A DNA stretch of 26,051 bases from a virus (lineage: Duplodnaviria > Heunggongvirae > Uroviricota > Caudoviricetes), in the IMG/VR virus record IMGVR_UViG_3300015186_000011, positions 1 through 26,051 of that record, one strand, 5' to 3'. Made by a program: the position numbers and the translations under genes. How positions within the stretch are numbered: the stretch's first letter is position 1; each line of letters opens with the position of its first letter. The notes under the pieces are model-generated. The model was not told the origin of the DNA. It made no database searches and saw nothing but the letters and a program-made list of their open reading frames with translations. Of this stretch, positions 22,341 through 26,051 are shown piece after piece.

Positions 22341-23816
22341 TTAAGCATAGGGATCGTAATCTGTAATGGCCTTGCCTTGCTGGTTCTGCTGCCCGGGAAT
22401 TCGCAGACGCTTAGACACAGGGAACGCAAACGTCAGCAGTAGCGCATCGCCTTTACCCGGCGAACGCCCAAGCCGCTCCTTGATATCTTCCTTCGGTTCG
22501 ATAACGATTTTACCGTCCACTCGAACTTTGTACTCTGCCGCCGACAGGTCGTCCGCTGTTTCCTGGTCATCCAGCATGCCGCCCAGCCTCAGCCATGTCT
22601 TGCATGAGTTGAACATCTCCCCACGCTTGTTGAGCATCTGCGGGTCAGTAGACGCGCCACCGAACGGAACAAGTTGCCATGTGCGCCCCCAACCGTCACC
22701 GATTGACTTCAGCCCGGTACCGTAACCGAAGTCGATGAACACCGCGTCAGCCTGATACTGGTCTTCAAAGTCAGCGATACGCTTTGCCATAATCAGATCG
22801 TCAGTGGTCTTGTTGCCGGTCCACAGCACCTTACTGTGCAGCCCCTGCCGCAGATATATCACCGCGTCATCAACACCGGAGTATGCCGGGTCAACGCCGA
22901 TTATCACCGGAGCATGTGCAACCTGCGCAGCGGTGACCACCCGTTTCATTGCCTCGTCAGTAAGTCCGGTAGGGATAAACTGCAATTCAGATGCATCCGG
23001 GAATATGCCGCGCACACGGATTTTAACGAAGTCGCTATCTTCCCCGTAGTCATCAACCCATTTCTGCAACTGCTGTTTGTTAGTGCCTTCCACCGTCCGG
23101 CTGTCAATCTGCGCAGTTTTCCAGCGGTGTTTATATTTGCGGAAACATTCGCGGAAACGTCCGGTATTACGCGTCGGGTTTCCGAACGCCACCCAGATAA
23201 TCTCAGTGTCTTCGTCCGTTAGCGCACCCTCGGCAACTTCCCACACCAGATCCGCAATGTTCGACGCTTCATCGAATACCACAATGATGCGTTTGCGCTC
23301 GTTGTGTAGTCCGGCGAATGCCTCAGTGTTGTGCTCAGACCAGGGGATTGCGTCAGCTCGCCACCGCTTGTCGTGTCCAGGATCATTGCTGTACATCGCG
23401 GTAGCGGTACAGGTAAACCAGTCTTTCGTGATAGCAAGGTTCGACCACTTGATAATTTCCGGCCAGGTCTTCGTTCGTAGCTGGTTGTCGGTGTTGGCGG
23501 TCACCACAACCTTACAATCCTCGCAAGTGGACATGCCCCAGTTGATCAGCATTGAGATGAATGCGGATTTACCAATACCGTGACCAGAAGCACGTGCCAG
23601 CATAAGCGGCTGATATCGCGTCTCTGGATTCTGCAGGTGATCACGTATCTCTCGGAACGCATCAGCCTGCCATTGACGTGGGCCGGTAGCATGTGCCAGT
23701 TCAGTCCCCTCTTCCCCCCACGGGAACGCATAGAGGGCATAGCCAAGCGGATCGTGAGTGAACCCTGCAATATCCTCGATCAACTGCTCTTCAGGAGATA
23801 ACGCTGTATCTGTCAC
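22341..23816 (-). CDS. terL: Terminase large subunit (491 aa)
   Basis: Walker A-like ARASGHGIGKSAF and Walker B IIVVFDEASN. A C-terminal RNaseH-like nuclease region (IIGVDPAYSGVDDAVIY). GTG start in a GTGA overlap with TerS. Confidence 0.95.
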   Translation of the reverse strand: MTDTALSPEEQLIEDIAGFTHDPLGYALYAFPWGEEGTELAHATGPRQWQADAFREIRDHLQNPETRYQPLMLARASGHGIGKSAFISMLINWGMSTCEDCKVVVTANTDNQLRTKTWPEIIKWSNLAITKDWFTCTATAMYSNDPGHDKRWRADAIPWSEHNTEAFAGLHNERKRIIVVFDEASNIADLVWEVAEGALTDEDTEIIWVAFGNPTRNTGRFRECFRKYKHRWKTAQIDSRTVEGTNKQQLQKWVDDYGEDSDFVKIRVRGIFPDASELQFIPTGLTDEAMKRVVTAAQVAHAPVIIGVDPAYSGVDDAVIYLRQGLHSKVLWTGNKTTDDLIMAKRIADFEDQYQADAVFIDFGYGTGLKSIGDGWGRTWQLVPFGGASTDPQMLNKRGEMFNSCKTWLRLGGMLDDQETADDLSAAEYKVRVDGKIVIEPKEDIKERLGRSPGKGDALLLTFAFPVSKRLRIPGQQNQQGKAITDYDPYA

Positions 23817-24409
23817 TGATTACCATCCTGACGTTCTTTGAGTCGCTTCCTGGCTGCCGCTATGCGATCAGCAATTGTCACATTCACATTAACATCCAGG
23901 CGTTCTTTGAATGCGTTGACGTCGACGTGCTTACCAATCAGTTCGAGGTTCTTCACCTTGTCAGGCCATTTAATTTTTTTGAGGATTGTCTCTATCGAAT
24001 CCTCGTTCATGTTCATGATGGTCGATGACAGATCAAAGCCACTAAGCGTAGTGCGCCAGATTTTCGGCCACTCGCGGATTGGCTTAAGGCTCCCATCGTC
24101 GTTGAGGATATCAATCACGTCCATCTGGTCGATCTCCACCAGGCGCATGAGAACGTAATCGGCACTGACGCGCATTCGTTTGTTGCGCTCCTCCATCAAC
24201 TCGGCAATCCGTTTTTGAATGCGTTCATCGCGCATCATGACACTGGCTTTAACTGCCGCTGTATTTGGGGAGAATCCTGCGTTAATCGCTGCCTGAGTCT
24301 GGTTTTCAGGCGTTTTGATGTATGACTGGCAATAAGCCTCCTGCATTGCGGTTAGTGGCTTAAATTGCGTTGATTTGCGTTTATAGGTTTTAGGTTCAGC
24401 AGGCATCAT
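23813..24409 (-). CDS. terS: Terminase small subunit (198 aa)
   Basis: LTAMQEAYCQSYIKTPENQTQAAINAGFSPNTAAVKASVMMRDERIQKRI is a Terminase_2-type HTH region. The start is set at ATGATG 24409/24406 after GGTGG, because the track's upstream extension runs through a terminator hairpin. Confidence 0.85.
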   Translation of the reverse strand: MMPAEPKTYKRKSTQFKPLTAMQEAYCQSYIKTPENQTQAAINAGFSPNTAAVKASVMMRDERIQKRIAELMEERNKRMRVSADYVLMRLVEIDQMDVIDILNDDGSLKPIREWPKIWRTTLSGFDLSSTIMNMNEDSIETILKKIKWPDKVKNLELIGKHVDVNAFKERLDVNVNVTIADRIAAARKRLKERQDGNQ

Positions 24410-24426
24410 AACCACCCTGGTAATTG

Positions 24427-24441
24427 TTACCGTTGTGGTAA
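24427..24441. promoter_or_regulatory. TTACC-N5-GGTAA dyad (site D) in the terS leader, within alternating GGTAA/TTACC repeats (24419-24447)
   Basis: GGTAA-ttg-TTACC-gttgt-GGTAA-tag-TACC lies between the terminator at 24453-24478 and the terS RBS. Confidence 0.4.
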
Positions 24442-24452
24442 TAGTACCATGC

Positions 24453-24478
24453 AAAATAAAGCCGCCATAGTTGGCGGC
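24453..24478 (-). terminator. Rho-independent terminator immediately upstream of terS
   Basis: Minus strand: GCCGCCA-acua-UGGCGGC followed by UUUAUUUU. Confidence 0.85.
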
Positions 24479-24519
24479 AGTATTCAAAACCCATCAAATT
24501 CATCATGCATAATCTACTC

Positions 24520-24531
24520 GTGACATGTCAC
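24520..24531. repeat. 12-bp palindrome GTGACATGTCAC (site 3 of 3)
   Basis: An exact copy that overlaps the stop codon of the 112-aa gene. It lies in the 17-nt spacer of a weak minus-strand promoter-like pair, TTAATA (24539-24534) / TAGATT (24516-24511). Confidence 0.9.
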
Positions 24532-24866
24532 ACTATTAATTTAGTTTCATGCCAGCCTTTAGTCACCCAGCATTGCGAGTCACCATTACACGGGCATGAA
24601 TTAACGGGAACTTTCTCGCCGCACTTACCGCAACGTTTTCTGCTAATCGATTTTATACGCCCGCGCACGCGTGCATCATCCTGGCGGATCAGTAACGCTA
24701 TATACTCCCCAAATTCGTAAGGCGCACGCCCGGGGCGACGCGTGGCACAGTTACGCTCCAGCATTTCCTGCTCCTGCTTATCCAGCACCAGTTCAATTTT
24801 GCGCTCACCGGCGGCGGACTGCCGAGCGCGCTGCGCGGCTTTGCGTTCTGCGGGGGATTTAGCCAC
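24528..24866 (-). CDS. 112-aa basic protein with a C-terminal Cys-rich (zinc-ribbon-like) motif; possible regulator
   Basis: GTG at 24866 lies 8 nt after TGGAG (the track's GTG at 24875 is too close to the RBS). The C-terminus is RKRCGKCGEKVPVNSCPCNGDSQC and the N-terminus SPAERKAAQRARQ is Arg-rich. It is the last gene before the late operon. Confidence 0.65.
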   Translation of the reverse strand: MAKSPAERKAAQRARQSAAGERKIELVLDKQEQEMLERNCATRRPGRAPYEFGEYIALLIRQDDARVRGRIKSISRKRCGKCGEKVPVNSCPCNGDSQCWVTKGWHETKLIV

Positions 24867-24981
24867 GAATCGCACTCCACGCCAGATTGATTAATGACTC
24901 CCAGGTAATATAAACCCGGATACCAGCAGCCAGGCCGAAACCAATCACCATGGCATAAAGCAGAGCGTTGCACTTGTTCAT
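24859..24981 (-). CDS. Unlisted 40-aa hydrophobic mini-protein
   Basis: Hand translation: MNKCNALLYAMVIGFGLAAGIRVYITWESLINLAWSAIRG. ATG at 24981 in a TGATG overlap with the upstream stop, with AGGAGG 5 nt upstream. It falls below the track's length cut-off. Confidence 0.45.
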   Translation of the reverse strand: MNKCNALLYAMVIGFGLAAGIRVYITWESLINLAWSAIRG

Positions 24982-25907
24982 CACTTCACCTCCTGCGGCG
25001 GTTCTGGTAGCGGCATCCAGTGAGTTACGTCATCCAAGATATTTCCTGATAAATACGTGAAAGCTCTATATTTTTTGTAATCAATTGGATTTACAACCCA
25101 GTTCCAATATGCGGCCACGATTTCACCTTGACTAAATGCCAGTAACATTTTGGTGTCTTCCGGCATTCGATCACTACAGCTTATCCAACCATCCGGAGTT
25201 GCCGGAGTTGGTCCATCGAATTCGGGCATGTCAGGACCTTTTCTGATAGCTTTAGCCACCTCCAGCGGGTCATCGTAAAGCCAGTCGCCAGTTTGTGGGT
25301 GATTTGCTTCTGCAAGCTGCGCAGCCCATTCAAGACCATCTTTTTGACCTTGGAGATAATCAAGCGGCAACTCTTCATGATTACTTGCAGGTTCGGCACT
25401 ATGAAGCATGGCAGCGTGGCAGGCATCCTCTACGCCTTTAACTGCATCTGCGCAGTAGTTATAGCGATTGCATTCCACTAACTTCTGCTTGAGATTTTCA
25501 ATTGCTTGCGCGACATCATCCTGTATTTCCGGAACTGGCGGAACGGCTGTCTGCTGCTCTCGAACGTCATTAGTCGCTATCGGTTCTGCTGCCAACTGAC
25601 TGGCATATTTGTTAATGGTAACGATAAGCTCTTGCTCGGCCTCATCCAGACAATCACCGATACCTCGCCTGTCACCGTCAAAATCATCGAAATCGGCACG
25701 AATCTTGGCAACCTCCCGGATTGCGGACAACACTTCACCAGGAATAAGCCGAGAGTTGCCAGATAGTGCATTCTGCTCCAGCGATGCCAGAGCAATTCGT
25801 GCCAGTTCTTCCGCTTCTTCTGCTGGCAGTACAACGTTGCTACCAGGTCCGTATGTTTCGCGCCACTGCTGGATTGTCAGCAGGCGTTCTTTGGTAATAG
25901 TGATCAT
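24981..25907 (-). CDS. DUF551-domain protein (308 aa), nin-region type
   Basis: The C-terminus DGWISCSDRMPEDTKMLLAF...THWMPLPEPP is the DUF551 pattern common in lambdoid early-right regions. The N-terminal part is unassigned. Confidence 0.75.
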   Translation of the reverse strand: MITITKERLLTIQQWRETYGPGSNVVLPAEEAEELARIALASLEQNALSGNSRLIPGEVLSAIREVAKIRADFDDFDGDRRGIGDCLDEAEQELIVTINKYASQLAAEPIATNDVREQQTAVPPVPEIQDDVAQAIENLKQKLVECNRYNYCADAVKGVEDACHAAMLHSAEPASNHEELPLDYLQGQKDGLEWAAQLAEANHPQTGDWLYDDPLEVAKAIRKGPDMPEFDGPTPATPDGWISCSDRMPEDTKMLLAFSQGEIVAAYWNWVVNPIDYKKYRAFTYLSGNILDDVTHWMPLPEPPQEVK

Positions 25908-26050
25908 GCTGCGTTTCCTTCTTTCTTATTAACAATTACACCGTCATATATTTCATTAAGGTGCCCTCTCAACTCCATGCGCCTTAATGCAGATAACATG
26001 TAATCGCATTCAACCTGCTTATTTCCAGTAAATGGCTTATCGTCAGGATT
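25904..26050 (-). CDS. 3' end of an upstream early-region gene (partial, 48 codons in the window)
   Basis: An open frame runs from the window edge: ...NPDDKPFTGNKQVECDYMLSALRRMELRGHLNEIYDGVIVNKKEGNAA. It ends in an ATGA overlap with the next start (25907-25904). Confidence 0.45.
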   Translation of the reverse strand, partial: NPDDKPFTGNKQVECDYMLSALRRMELRGHLNEIYDGVIVNKKEGNAA

Positions 26051-26051
26051 A

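Noticed and set aside
1-26051. Transposases, IS elements, integrase, toxin-antitoxin pairs, restriction-modification systems or known multi-gene defence systems.
   Set aside because: No ORF shows the motifs I would recognise (DDE, tyrosine/serine recombinase, PIN, HEPN, methyltransferase motifs, STAND/AAA+ NTPase beyond TerL). Absence by eye is not proof.

Overview
This is an internal ~26 kb slice of a temperate enterobacterial podovirus genome or prophage. No host genes, integrase or att sites are visible. The backbone is one long minus-strand late morphogenesis operon (24409 down to 6260, then tailspike 1148 down to 1). Its gene content and order look epsilon15-like: TerS, TerL, portal, a small conserved protein, scaffold, major capsid, three small head-module proteins, tail adaptor, an 821-aa nozzle/hub protein, two small virion proteins, a 905-aa internal protein with an SLT lytic-transglycosylase domain, a 1004-aa ejection-type protein, and a tailspike truncated by the window edge. 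Two accessory islands read mainly from the opposite strand interrupt it. Island 1 (20951-22340, between TerL and portal) holds a promoter/operator region, a ~310-nt ORF-free and highly self-complementary RNA candidate, tRNA-Arg(UCU), two tandem intrinsic terminators and a Gp49/Sf6-gp66-family gene. Island 2 (1149-6259, between the ejection protein and the tailspike) holds a P22-type immI switch (mnt / arc-ant with a sar-like antisense RNA) and an AT-rich membrane protein in the SieA position. It also holds a second BRO-N antirepressor and a LexA-box-controlled 85-aa protein that is a stand-alone copy of the C-terminal domain shared by both antirepressors. Finally it holds a 1.2 kb three-gene cassette (108-aa protein, DUF2335-like membrane protein, small secreted peptide) bracketed by a 257-bp ~96% inverted repeat. 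Three recurrent short motifs sit at transcription-unit boundaries: TTACC-N5-GGTAA (5 sites), GTGACATGTCAC (3 sites) and ATTACC-N5-AACCACATATG (2 sites). The right edge (24528-26051) is the end of an early/nin-like region. All function calls come from reading motifs by eye and from memory of protein families; no database search was possible.
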